NCBI GenBank assembly: GCA_000091165.1
Contig: FP565575.1
Coordinates: forward strand, 2,040,001-2,072,000
Direction: 5' to 3'
Source: Candidatus Methylomirabilis oxygeniifera
GTDB taxonomy: Bacteria > Methylomirabilota > Methylomirabilia > Methylomirabilales > Methylomirabilaceae
Length of the DNA: 32,000 bases
This document shows, piece after piece, positions 18,085 to 28,134 of this stretch. Made by a program: the position numbers and the translations under genes. The notes under the pieces are model-generated. The model was not told the DNA's origin. It ran no database searches and saw only the letters and a program-made list of their open reading frames with translations. Each line of letters opens with the position of its first letter. Within the stretch, counting starts at the first letter, position 1.

Positions 18085-18516
18085 ATGGCGGACGAGCAGC
18101 CAATCGTCGGGCGCACAAAACATGCAGAATTGACACTTGACCAGATCGCCGAACTGCAACCTGGGTTAGGTCAGTTAATGCCGCTGATGAGTGAACGCTA
18201 CTGGATCTGCTATTACGCCGCCAAGGGCGGCAATTGGGCACTGGCCGCTTATCAGCTCAACGGCCTGCGAAGTCTGTTCAAAAAGGCTAATACGACACGG
18301 CCAAAGTACAAAGCGATGCTCGAGAGCTACACTAAGACAATCTTCGACCCACTTGCGCTGCACATCCAGACCAAAAGCTTCGCCGAGTTCGAGAAGTGCT
18401 ACCTGCAGGGTATCGAACTGGCCAACAAGATGCACGGGTCTACTAATCACCCTGAGATTATCTGGAAGCTTCCGCCCACTCCTCCGCAACATCTGGAGAT
18501 GGGTCCGTGTCTGTAG
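18085..18516 (+). CDS. Hypothetical protein
   Basis: ATG at 18085 preceded by AGGAGGT; MADEQPIVGRTKHAELTLDQIAELQPGLGQLMPLMSERYWICYYAAKGGNW... Confidence 0.75.
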   Translation: MADEQPIVGRTKHAELTLDQIAELQPGLGQLMPLMSERYWICYYAAKGGNWALAAYQLNGLRSLFKKANTTRPKYKAMLESYTKTIFDPLALHIQTKSFAEFEKCYLQGIELANKMHGSTNHPEIIWKLPPTPPQHLEMGPCL

Positions 18517-18536
18517 AGTGTGGAACACGAATATCC

Positions 18537-19418
18537 ATGAAAAGATTGATCGCTCTTGCTGTAGCTCTGTTTGTCTGCGTGGCCTTCGAGTCGGTCGCTC
18601 AAGAGACGCCGCCGGATGGGCTGACGCTCCGTCAGGGAGACATGAAGATAGTGAAGGTTGCCGACGGCGCGAAAGCTTCAGACCTTCTGGGTGTCATAGA
18701 AATCGGCGGCGCATCCTCCGCTATCCCGATATTCAGCAAGGGGGGTGCGCTATACGGAATTGTCGCGGTGGATTTATACCAGCAACCCGGCGCATACCGG
18801 ATGACGGTGTATGAGGCGGCAACCAAACGAGCGTTATCGACGAAAACACTGATCGTCAAACAAGGAGAATTTGAGAAGAGCGTCAGCCCGCGCTGGAACA
18901 CACAGGTCTTTGGCCAAACCGATCTCGACAGAATCGCCAGAGAGAAAAAGGCGATTACTGAGGCTCTTCAGACCTCTTCACCTCTGCCACTCTGGCAGGA
19001 CGGAACGATCGACCCGATTGAAAAAACCGACCATACCGGATTGATGACGACCCCCTTCGGCCAGATTCGGATGAACCCTACCCAAGACTGGTACCGGTTT
19101 CATCGGGGAACCGATTTTCAGGCTCCAGAGGGCTTTGCGATACGGGCGATTGCCGCCGGAAAGGTCGCGCACCTCGGCCATAATTATCTCTTGGAAGGCA
19201 ATATTACGGTGATTGATCACGGTCTGGGGATCTTTTCTTCGTATCTGCATCAGTCGGCGTTTCTCGTGAAGGTTGGGGATGAGGTCAAGAAGGGAGATGT
19301 CATCGGACGGGTCGGGAGCACCGGCAACAGTAATGCTCCCCACTTACACCTTGCGCTCAGGATCGGCGCCGCGCTGGTCGATCCGACACAATTTATTGAA
19401 GCGATGCGTCAACCCTGA
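18537..19418 (+). CDS. Secreted M23-family metallopeptidase
   Basis: Signal peptide MKRLIALAVALFVCVAFESVAQE; FHRGTDFQAPEGFAIRAIAAGKVAHLG and GSTGNSNAPHLHLALR (HxxxD and HxH motifs). Confidence 0.92.
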   Translation: MKRLIALAVALFVCVAFESVAQETPPDGLTLRQGDMKIVKVADGAKASDLLGVIEIGGASSAIPIFSKGGALYGIVAVDLYQQPGAYRMTVYEAATKRALSTKTLIVKQGEFEKSVSPRWNTQVFGQTDLDRIAREKKAITEALQTSSPLPLWQDGTIDPIEKTDHTGLMTTPFGQIRMNPTQDWYRFHRGTDFQAPEGFAIRAIAAGKVAHLGHNYLLEGNITVIDHGLGIFSSYLHQSAFLVKVGDEVKKGDVIGRVGSTGNSNAPHLHLALRIGAALVDPTQFIEAMRQP

Positions 19419-19584
19419 ACACGTGATCTGCTCGCCGCCACGCTACATGAATCTGGTGATACCAATACCAATAGAAGAAATGGCATCGGCCGAACGCCTT
19501 CTATGTAAGAATTCCCGGGTGCCGGGTTGGGCGGGTAGTTGAACCTTTTCGTGTTATGAGGTGTTCTCGAGGACTTAGCAAAGT

Positions 19585-19600
19585 GGCACCGCGCTTGCAT
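19585..19600 (+). promoter_or_regulatory. Sigma-54 (RpoN) -24/-12 promoter: TGGCAC-CGCGC-TTGCA
   Basis: Exact match to TGGCAC-N5-TTGCW, 72 bp upstream of an ATG with a GGAGG ribosome-binding site. Confidence 0.8.
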
Positions 19601-19671
19601 TTTTACGCTTGAGAAACCCCCTGCGGGTCGGCGGTTTCATTCTTGTTAACCCTAGCTGGAGGAGTGAAGCG

Positions 19672-20283
19672 ATGCAAGCGTTATATAGGAACCTTTTGGT
19701 AACCACTCTCTGTGTCGCTGTATCGGTTCTCATGTTTGACGGTGTCAGTCATGCGAATGGCGGCCACTCGGTTTCAAAGGTAAAGGTCAAGGTCAGGGCA
19801 GAGCTTGAACCGTTCGACACGTCTCCCGAACCGGATGCCGAGGGCCAGGCAAGGCACCATAAGGAGATCCGGAAGGGAGTAATAAAGAAAGACGAATTCA
19901 AGGGAATGGTGACCATTCCGGTTCCTTCACCCGACTTGGGAATTACGAGAGACAACGCAAAAAACGCTGATGTCCGCCTGATTCTGAGCCATGATACTAT
20001 CGACTATGCCGAGTGCCTTCTGAAGTTCGGCGGGTTCGAGGATGAGGATGACGATAGTGACGATGACGATGAGGCGGCTCAGGCGCATTTTAGGGTCCAT
20101 GTACGGACAAAGCACGGGGCTGCAGTCGCGAAGAAGGGTACGTGCGACATCAACTTGACTACAGTCGCCGTCGACCTGGGTGTTCCGGACGTACAGGACG
20201 GCGATCTGGCTACGATCACGCTTGTGACAGACTCTAATAATCGAGGCACGGATATAGATTTCCTGGAGGGCACCTTCGAGTAG
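19672..20283 (+). CDS. Secreted hypothetical protein with Asp/Glu-rich segment
   Basis: Signal peptide MQALYRNLLVTTLCVAVSVLMFDGVSHA; FEDEDDDSDDDDEAA; RBS GGAGGAG upstream. Confidence 0.8.
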   Translation: MQALYRNLLVTTLCVAVSVLMFDGVSHANGGHSVSKVKVKVRAELEPFDTSPEPDAEGQARHHKEIRKGVIKKDEFKGMVTIPVPSPDLGITRDNAKNADVRLILSHDTIDYAECLLKFGGFEDEDDDSDDDDEAAQAHFRVHVRTKHGAAVAKKGTCDINLTTVAVDLGVPDVQDGDLATITLVTDSNNRGTDIDFLEGTFE

Positions 20284-20330
20284 CACCATTGAACGTCCGA
20301 TTCTCTGAAGCTCCTACTGCTGGGCACAGC

Positions 20331-20360
20331 AAGGGGGCCGAGCGACAACCCGGCCCCCTT
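20331..20360 (+). terminator. Rho-independent-like terminator hairpin
   Basis: AAGGGGGCCG-AGCGACAACC-CGGCCCCCTT, perfect 10-bp stem, followed by GTGCCTTTTC. Confidence 0.7.
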
Positions 20361-20442
20361 GTGCCTTTTCCGGACCCCAACTCCTCTTTACAATCCTCGA
20401 CTTATTATGTTATTTTTGCTCTACAGCTAAGGAGGTGAGCCT

Positions 20443-21192
20443 ATGTCTGGACATTCCAAATGGTCGGGCATCAAACACAAGAAGGCTAAGGTAGATGCCC
20501 AACGGGGTCGTGTATTTACCAAGTTGATCAGGGAGATCACAGTGGCCGCCAGGGCGGGTGGCGGCGATCCGGACGGGAATCCTCGCCTTCGATTGGCGGT
20601 CGAGAAGGCCAAAGCTGTCAACATGCCCCAGGACAACATCCAGCGAGCCATCCAGAAGGGGACAGGCGAACTCCCCGGCACCTCCTACGAGGAGTATATC
20701 TATGAGGGATATGGGCCGGGAGGCGTCGCGGTCTTACTGGAGATCGTAACCGATAATAAGAACCGAACCGCCCCGGAGATCCGCAAAGCGTTTGCCAAGT
20801 ACGGGGGCAACCTTGGGGAATCGGGATGCGTCGCCTGGATGTTTGATAAGAAGGGGCTGATTCAAGTATACACATCCGAGGCGGACGAGGATCGGCTGCT
20901 GGGCGTGGTACTGGAGGCAGGCGCCGAGGATGTTCGACGGTCGGACGACACCTTCGAGGTCATCACTGCGCCAAAAGACCTGGAGCGGGTGAAGGCATCA
21001 CTGACGAAGGAGAAGATCGGGATCGCCGAGGGCGAAGTGACCATGCTGCCCCAGAACACCGTCAAGCTGGAAGGAAAACAGGCACAGCAGATGCTCCAGT
21101 TGATGGAAACGCTCGAAGAGCATGACGACGTGCAGAATGTGTACGCGAACTTCGACATCCCGGACGAGATCATGGCTGCAGCGACCGGCTAG
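20443..21192 (+). CDS. YebC/PmpR-family transcriptional/translation regulatory protein
   Basis: [37 protein letters not shown]...[23 protein letters not shown]. Confidence 0.96.
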   Translation: MSGHSKWSGIKHKKAKVDAQRGRVFTKLIREITVAARAGGGDPDGNPRLRLAVEKAKAVNMPQDNIQRAIQKGTGELPGTSYEEYIYEGYGPGGVAVLLEIVTDNKNRTAPEIRKAFAKYGGNLGESGCVAWMFDKKGLIQVYTSEADEDRLLGVVLEAGAEDVRRSDDTFEVITAPKDLERVKASLTKEKIGIAEGEVTMLPQNTVKLEGKQAQQMLQLMETLEEHDDVQNVYANFDIPDEIMAAATG

Positions 21193-21249
21193 GCCAGTGG
21201 TACGCGGTGTTGAACCATTGGATCGCCCAATAATCTCGATGGAAGGGCC

Positions 21250-21750
21250 GTGCTGGTCTTAGGAGTTGATCCGGGGGCCGGCGCGACCGGCTACGGGATG
21301 GTGGCTCGCAGCGACGGCGCATTGCGGGCTGTAGAATACGGCAGCATCATCACCACGCCTCGCGACCCGTTTCCCGCCCGCCTGCAACAGATCTACAGTC
21401 GTCTGGCTGAGTTGATCCGTTGTCATCAACCGGAGTGGGCAGCGATCGAAAGCCTTATCTTCGCGAAAAATGTACAAAGCGCGTTCAAGCTGGGTCAGGC
21501 GAGAGGGGTCGCGATTCTGGTTGCCGCGCAGAACGGGCTTACTGTCGCGGAATATAGCCCGCTGCAGATAAAAAGCGCTGTCACAGGATATGGCGCCGCG
21601 GGCAAATTCCAGGTCCAGCAGATGGTGCAGTCGCTCCTTGGCCTCAAAGAGCCGATCCGTTCGGCCGACGCGGCCGATGCGCTGGCCGTGGCCATTTGCC
21701 ACCATCATTCGGCCGGGCTCCTGCATCGATTGGGAGGCAGAGGACGGTGA
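21250..21750 (+). CDS. ruvC: Holliday junction endodeoxyribonuclease RuvC
   Basis: MLVLGVDPGAGATGYGMV...WAAIESLIFAKNVQSAFKLGQARGVAI...YSPLQIKSAVTGYG. Confidence 0.95.
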   Translation: MLVLGVDPGAGATGYGMVARSDGALRAVEYGSIITTPRDPFPARLQQIYSRLAELIRCHQPEWAAIESLIFAKNVQSAFKLGQARGVAILVAAQNGLTVAEYSPLQIKSAVTGYGAAGKFQVQQMVQSLLGLKEPIRSADAADALAVAICHHHSAGLLHRLGGRGR

Positions 21751-22373
21751 TCGCTCAACTTCGCGGTCTATTGGCGTCCAAGGATCCCGGGCAGATTGTG
21801 ATCGACGTCAACGGGGTCGGCTACCAAGTCTTTGTTCCGCTTTCGACATTCTATCAGCTCCCGGAGATTCAACAGGAGGTGCACCTTCGCATCTACACGC
21901 ATGTCCGCGAGGATGCCATCCAGCTTTACGGGTTTCATGCGATCGAGGAGCGGATAACGTTCGAACTGCTGACAGGGGTCTCCGGAATCGGACCTCGCCT
22001 CGCGGCTAACATCCTGTCCGGAATCGCAGTGGAGGAGTTCATCCCGGCTGTCCTGGAGGGCGATACCGCAAGACTCAAGGCGATTCCGGGGGTGGGGCGG
22101 AAAACAGCCGAGCGGATCATCCTGGAGTTAAAGGACAAGGTCACAGAGGTCCCCTGTAGAGGTCGGGTCGTGGTCGACCGCCAGCCGAGCCCGGAACGAG
22201 ATCGGACCATCGAGGATGTCGTCTCCGCACTGCTGAACCTGGGCTGCAGTCGCAAAGAGGCCTCGGCGGCGGCTGAGGCGGCGCATCATACCGTCGGCGA
22301 TGGGACAGACTTTGAAACGTTGGTCAAGCAGGCCCTGAAGCATCTCTCCGAGAGGACGGGGAAGCGGCTATGA
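21747..22373 (+). CDS. ruvA: Holliday junction branch migration protein RuvA
   Basis: GTG at 21747: [32 protein letters not shown]...[19 protein letters not shown]; overlaps ruvC stop and ruvB start. Confidence 0.95.
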   Translation: MIAQLRGLLASKDPGQIVIDVNGVGYQVFVPLSTFYQLPEIQQEVHLRIYTHVREDAIQLYGFHAIEERITFELLTGVSGIGPRLAANILSGIAVEEFIPAVLEGDTARLKAIPGVGRKTAERIILELKDKVTEVPCRGRVVVDRQPSPERDRTIEDVVSALLNLGCSRKEASAAAEAAHHTVGDGTDFETLVKQALKHLSERTGKRL

Positions 22374-23425
22374 CAACGGCGAAGCAAAAGCAGGAGAGCG
22401 GCCGGGAACGGGTGGCGAATCGGCAGCTTCAGGACGAGGATCAGGAACTCGAGCAGAGCCTGCGCCCGAAAGCCTGGGATGACTATATTGGCCAGGAGAA
22501 GGTGAAGGCAAATCTCCAGGTGTTCGTCCGTGGAGCGAAGGCACGAAGGGAACCCCTGGACCACCTGCTCTTCTACGGCCCTCCGGGGCTTGGCAAGACC
22601 TCTCTCGCCTTTATGATCGCCTCGGAGATGGGGGTAAATATCCGGGTCACCTCCGGACCGGTCATCGAACGGCAGAAAGACCTGGCAGCCATCCTCTCGA
22701 ATCTCAGGGAACAGGATGTCCTGTTCATCGACGAGATCCACCGACTGAATCCCCTGGTCGAAGAGACGCTCTACCCGGCCATGGAAGATTACCGGCTGGA
22801 CCTGATCATCGGTCAGGGCCCGAGCGCACAGAGCTACCGGCTGAAGCTGCCGCGTTTCACCTTGATCGGGGCCACGACTCGCGCAGGGCTTCTGGCCTCG
22901 CCCCTGCTCAATCGGTTCGGTGTCGTCCAGCGTCTGGACTTTTACAATGACGCCGATCTCTTCAGAATTGTCCTGCGGTCGGCACAGATTCTCGGGGTAT
23001 CAATCATGGAGAACGGCGCGTGGGAAATCGCGCGGCGCTCCCGTGGAACGCCTCGCATCGTCAATCGCCTGCTACGGCGCGTCAGGGACTTCGCCCAGGT
23101 GCTTGGGGATGGTGTCATCACCCGTGAAGTTGCGCAGAGCGCACTGGAACGGCTCGAGGTCGACACCAATGGGTTCGACGAGATGGATCGGCGGATCCTG
23201 CACACCATCATCGAAAAGTTTGCCGGTGGGCCCGTGGGAATCGAGACGCTCGCAGTCGCCGTGGGAGAGGAAAAGGATACGATCGAGGACGTCTATGAGC
23301 CGTTTTTGATTCAGCAAGGGTTTCTGGCCAGGACTCCAAGAGGCCGCACCGTCACTCGCCTGGCCTTTGATCACTTCAAGCTTCCACGTCCGGCGGAGCT
23401 GCAGGGCGAGTTGTGGCAGAGCTAA
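22370..23425 (+). CDS. ruvB: Holliday junction branch migration helicase RuvB
   Basis: [23 protein letters not shown]...[23 protein letters not shown]...[13 protein letters not shown]. Confidence 0.97.
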   Translation: MTTAKQKQESGRERVANRQLQDEDQELEQSLRPKAWDDYIGQEKVKANLQVFVRGAKARREPLDHLLFYGPPGLGKTSLAFMIASEMGVNIRVTSGPVIERQKDLAAILSNLREQDVLFIDEIHRLNPLVEETLYPAMEDYRLDLIIGQGPSAQSYRLKLPRFTLIGATTRAGLLASPLLNRFGVVQRLDFYNDADLFRIVLRSAQILGVSIMENGAWEIARRSRGTPRIVNRLLRRVRDFAQVLGDGVITREVAQSALERLEVDTNGFDEMDRRILHTIIEKFAGGPVGIETLAVAVGEEKDTIEDVYEPFLIQQGFLARTPRGRTVTRLAFDHFKLPRPAELQGELWQS

Positions 23426-23469
23426 CCGGAGCGCTCACTATTACTGGAGACAGGGGAGCAGTGCGGGGG

Positions 23470-23685
23470 ATGGATTCACTTGCCAGGACGTTGATCGTGT
23501 TCGGCCTCGTTGTAGCCGCCATAGGGGGACTCCTCCTGCTCATCGGTAAGATCCCGTTTGTCGGGAAGCTACCAGGGGACATCTATATCCAACGCAAGAA
23601 CTTCTCATTTTATTTTCCCCTCACGACCTCAATACTCCTGAGTATCCTCCTGACCATACTCTTTTCATTATTTCGCCGACGATGA
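23470..23685 (+). CDS. DUF2905-family small membrane protein
   Basis: MDSLARTLIVFGLVVAAIGGLLLLIGKIPFVGKLPGDIYIQRKNFSFYFPLTTSILLSILLTILF. Confidence 0.88.
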   Translation: MDSLARTLIVFGLVVAAIGGLLLLIGKIPFVGKLPGDIYIQRKNFSFYFPLTTSILLSILLTILFSLFRRR

Positions 23686-23719
23686 GCGGCGACAATGCCG
23701 CCAGGAGCTGACTCCTCCC

Positions 23720-24859
23720 GTGTCCATTTCGCTTCGGACAGTCGATTTTGACTACACCCTGCCCCCCGAGCTGATTGCGCAAGCACCCGTTCCTGAGCGC
23801 GATCGCTCGCGGCTCCTGGTTCTGGATCGGAACACAGGCGCCCTGCACGATCGAATCTTCCGCGATCTCCCGGAGTACCTCGTTCCAGGAGACCTGTTAG
23901 TCATCAATGAGGCGAAGGTGATCCCCGCCAGACTCTTCGGCCGATCCGAGCGGCGGCATCAGATCGAGGTGTTGCTTCTATACGAGGTTGAGGTCGATCC
24001 CGACATGGGCCCTGCCGGGACAGACCGCTGGGAGGCCTTAATCAAGCCGTCCAGGCAGGTTCGGATCGGCGACCGCCTTGCGTTGGCCGACGATACGATT
24101 ACGGCCGAGGTGATAGAGAAACGCGGCGAAGGACGCCATCTGCTCAAGCTTGTGTATGACGGAAGACTCGCCGACCTGTTGTGGCGCTTCGGTCGGATGC
24201 CGGTTCCGCCCTATATTAAAAGACAGGGTATAGGGTATAGGGTAGAGGGTTTAGAACAAGGCTTTCCAAGCCCTCTAGACCCTGGACCCTACCTCCTAGA
24301 CCCTAACACTTTAGATCGCGAGCGGTACCAGACGGTATACGCAAAGCATGAAGGGGCCGTCGCGGCGCCCACGGCCGGCCTCCACTTTACACCGGACCTG
24401 ATTGAGACGCTCACACGACAAGGTATCGCTGTGACCCCTATCACGCTTTTTGTCGGGCCCGGTACGTTTCGTCCTGTTCGAATGAAGGAGGTTGCACAGC
24501 ATCGGATGGAGCCGGAGCGCTATATCATTCCGGAGCAGACGGCCCTGGCGGTCAAGGCCGCCAGGAGAGAAGGACGGAGGGTGATCGCGGTGGGAACGAC
24601 GACCGTCCGGACCCTGGAGCATGCCACCGTCATGGGCGAGATACGGGCAGGGGTAGGCCTGACAGACCTCTTCATCTACCCGGGCTATCGGTTTACGAGC
24701 ATCGACGCCATCATTACCAACTTTCATCTGCCCTGCTCTACCCTCTTCATGCTGGTCTCGGCCTTCGCGGGCCGGGAGACGATGTTGGCCGCGTATCGCG
24801 AGGCTATCGCCAGGTGCTACCGTTTCTACTCCTACGGCGACGCGATGTTGATTGTATGA
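23720..24859 (+). CDS. queA: S-adenosylmethionine:tRNA ribosyltransferase-isomerase
   Basis: DFDYTLPPELIAQAPVPERDRSRLLVLDR...VAAPTAGLHFTPDLI...GTFRPV. Confidence 0.96.
   Translation: MSISLRTVDFDYTLPPELIAQAPVPERDRSRLLVLDRNTGALHDRIFRDLPEYLVPGDLLVINEAKVIPARLFGRSERRHQIEVLLLYEVEVDPDMGPAGTDRWEALIKPSRQVRIGDRLALADDTITAEVIEKRGEGRHLLKLVYDGRLADLLWRFGRMPVPPYIKRQGIGYRVEGLEQGFPSPLDPGPYLLDPNTLDRERYQTVYAKHEGAVAAPTAGLHFTPDLIETLTRQGIAVTPITLFVGPGTFRPVRMKEVAQHRMEPERYIIPEQTALAVKAARREGRRVIAVGTTTVRTLEHATVMGEIRAGVGLTDLFIYPGYRFTSIDAIITNFHLPCSTLFMLVSAFAGRETMLAAYREAIARCYRFYSYGDAMLIV
24224..24313. repeat. 90-bp in-frame repeat-like insert within queA
   Basis: GGGTATAGGGTATAGGGTAGAGGGTTTAG...CCCTCTAGACCCTGGACCCTACCTCCTAGACCCTAAC: imperfect inverted repeat encoding about 30 extra residues between LPPYIKRQ and DRERYQTVYA. 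Confidence 0.75.
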
Positions 24860-24862
24860 TGA

Positions 24863-26047
<1,185 letters not shown>

Positions 26048-26072
26048 CACACGACACGGAGGAGGTCAGGAA

Positions 26073-26414
26073 ATGGGAATAGCGTGGGCGCAACAGGGGA
26101 CTCCAGCCGAAGCCGGACCTACAAGTATACTCCCGGTCATGCTCCCTTCGGTGCTGATATTCCTTGTCTTTTATTTCTTAATGATTCGTCCCCAGCAAAA
26201 GAAACAGAAAGAACAGAAGGATATGCTGGCGAATCTGAAGACCGGTGATCAGATTATTACTACCGGAGGCTTGTATGGCACGATTGTCAAGTTCGGTGAA
26301 GACAACAGAGTCAAGGTCAGGATTGCCGAAAACGTGACGGTTGAGATCGCCAGAAGCGCCATCACTGAGAAGCCTATCGGGACTACGGAGGTGGCGAAGG
26401 CCAAAAGCGATTAG
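26073..26414 (+). CDS. yajC: Preprotein translocase subunit YajC
   Basis: FLVFYFLMIRPQQKKQKEQKDMLANLKTGDQIITTGGLYGTIV. Confidence 0.94.
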   Translation: MGIAWAQQGTPAEAGPTSILPVMLPSVLIFLVFYFLMIRPQQKKQKEQKDMLANLKTGDQIITTGGLYGTIVKFGEDNRVKVRIAENVTVEIARSAITEKPIGTTEVAKAKSD

Positions 26415-26468
26415 GCCGTTCCCCGCCATCTACTGGAAAAGTTCAATAGTAAAGGGATAGGAACCGGA

Positions 26469-26499
26469 ACAGTGCGCCGTCCATGAGACGGCGCACTGT
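26469..26499. terminator. Strong hairpin terminator between converging transcription units
   Basis: ACAGTGCGCCGTC-CATGA-GACGGCGCACTGT, perfect 13-bp stem; GATTTTTCTG follows on + strand. Confidence 0.8.
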
Positions 26500-26551
26500 A
26501 GATTTTTCTGCTGACAGGTGAGTCAGGCGGAATATAGCTCGTTTCCGGGTC

Positions 26552-27712
26552 TTATTGAGTTAATACGGAATGGCGGGAGGCAACCGACTCTCCAGCTACG
26601 GCCTGATCGCCCGGGCTCATAGGCGCCTTCGGAGAAATCTGTGTTGCCGCTTTTTCCTCCCAGGCTGTATCCTCTCCGGTGAAATATCTCAGCCGAACTT
26701 TTTTGAATTCCCGTACTGTCCACAGCATCGCGTAATGCTCGATCCCCGTCTCTCCACTGATCGCTGCAACCGTTTCCTCGCATGCTTCCCGGCTCTTCTG
26801 ATGGACCATCGTAAAGAGCGAAAACGGCCACTCCGGAAAGGTGGGGCGCTGATAGCAGTGACTGACCGCGCGAAACTGCGCCATCTGATGTCCAACGGAC
26901 TCTACTTTCTCTTCCGGCACCGACCACGCCGCCATGACGTTCCCGGTGTAGCCGGCCTTGCGGTGGTGTAAGATTGCCGCAAAGCGGCGCATGATGTGCC
27001 GCTGGAGAAGCTCTTGTGCACAGACCAACATCGCCTCAACACCCAGTCCGCACTGTCTGGCAGCCTCGCGAAACGGCTCCCCTGCAAGCGGCAGATCATC
27101 CTGGAGAACCCGCACGATCAGGCGCTCCTCTGGATCTAGACCACGCTCGGAATGACCGTTGCCCGTGAAGAAATGGCCCTCCTCCTTACGTACGCCTGCT
27201 GCGTCAACATCCATATCCAGGCGTACCCCGATCTTAAAGACCCTGAGCGCCGGAAAGAGTCGTGCCGCCTCGGCGCCCGTATCTCGCGCCAACACCGCGA
27301 CGCTGGATTCGAGCCCCAACCGACTCTCTGGGGAAACAGCAAGGGTAAACCATACATTAAACGGACAACAGGCATTTACACCGAAGGTGTCCGGAAGCGT
27401 ATACCTGCGGAGATAGTTGTGACTTACCCCGGGATGAGCGTTAATCTGCGCGGCCGCCTCGTCAACGCACTCCTCACGCAATCGGAAGCCGACCAGCGAT
27501 GATCGATAGCCAAGGCGCGACGTATCGAAAATGGCACCGATATTTCGGACAAAACCTTCAGCTTTGAGCCGGGCAATGCGCTCGATCACATCGTCTTCAG
27601 TAAGGCCCACACTCTCGCCGAGGGCGCGATAAGGGCGCTCTACAAGCGGGATGCCGGCCTGGATCGCATCCAATAGTTTACGATCGATTGCATCCATCTC
27701 GAACACGAACAC
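26552..27712 (-). CDS. Fused siroheme decarboxylase (two AsnC/Lrp-like NirD/L-G/H or AhbA/AhbB halves)
   Basis: N half AIDRKLLDAIQAGIPLVERPYRALGESVGLTEDDVIERI..GFVRNIGAIFD; C half EERLIVRVLQDDLPLAGEPFREAARQCG...MRRFAAILHHRKAGYTGNVMAAW. Confidence 0.88.
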   Translation of the reverse strand: MFVFEMDAIDRKLLDAIQAGIPLVERPYRALGESVGLTEDDVIERIARLKAEGFVRNIGAIFDTSRLGYRSSLVGFRLREECVDEAAAQINAHPGVSHNYLRRYTLPDTFGVNACCPFNVWFTLAVSPESRLGLESSVAVLARDTGAEAARLFPALRVFKIGVRLDMDVDAAGVRKEEGHFFTGNGHSERGLDPEERLIVRVLQDDLPLAGEPFREAARQCGLGVEAMLVCAQELLQRHIMRRFAAILHHRKAGYTGNVMAAWSVPEEKVESVGHQMAQFRAVSHCYQRPTFPEWPFSLFTMVHQKSREACEETVAAISGETGIEHYAMLWTVREFKKVRLRYFTGEDTAWEEKAATQISPKAPMSPGDQAVAGESVASRHSVLTQ

Positions 27713-27792
27713 CCCTCGCTTTCTGTATCCCGAGCTTACGCGTTCGGGTAGCGATCATGGCAGAGAATACGCTCAACCTTCTTCGAATCCCT

Positions 27793-28131
27793 TCACTCCG
27801 GTCTCTTCTCTCCCTGAGATGAGACGCCAGGAAATACCTTCACCGAAAGGTCCTGACCGACATGGCACTGCAAGCAAAAATCATTGCGCGTCGGATGCGG
27901 CGTGATGGGAGCCCCCGCGACCCCGAATTCGTGGCAAACCAGACACATGCCTTTCCTGGCTTCCGCATCGTGGGGGACCAAAGGCGGGGCGCCCTCATAG
28001 GCGCGAGGCAGCCTCTTGCTGCCTTGTTGAGGAGTCGCCTGTTCAGAAAGCGCACGGCCGCCTAGTGCAACCAGCACGCAAAAGAAAACCACTCCAAAAA
28101 AGACTACTGTTTTGAGCGTCTTTGCCATCAT
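27793..28131 (-). CDS. napB: Diheme c-type cytochrome subunit of periplasmic nitrate reductase
   Basis: APPLVPHDAEARKGMCLVCHEFGVAGAPITPHPTRNDFCLQCHVGQ; two CxxCH; directly downstream of napA. Confidence 0.85.
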   Translation of the reverse strand: MMAKTLKTVVFFGVVFFCVLVALGGRALSEQATPQQGSKRLPRAYEGAPPLVPHDAEARKGMCLVCHEFGVAGAPITPHPTRNDFCLQCHVGQDLSVKVFPGVSSQGEKRPE

Positions 28132-28134
28132 TCT

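Noticed and set aside
17724-18116. 130-aa - strand ORF
   Set aside because: Antisense to the RBS and start of the better-supported gene at 18085; no recognisable domain.
18085-18516. Longer start at 17938 in the ORF track
   Set aside because: The extra N-terminus lacks protein character, while ATG 18085 has an AGGAGGT ribosome-binding site at proper spacing.
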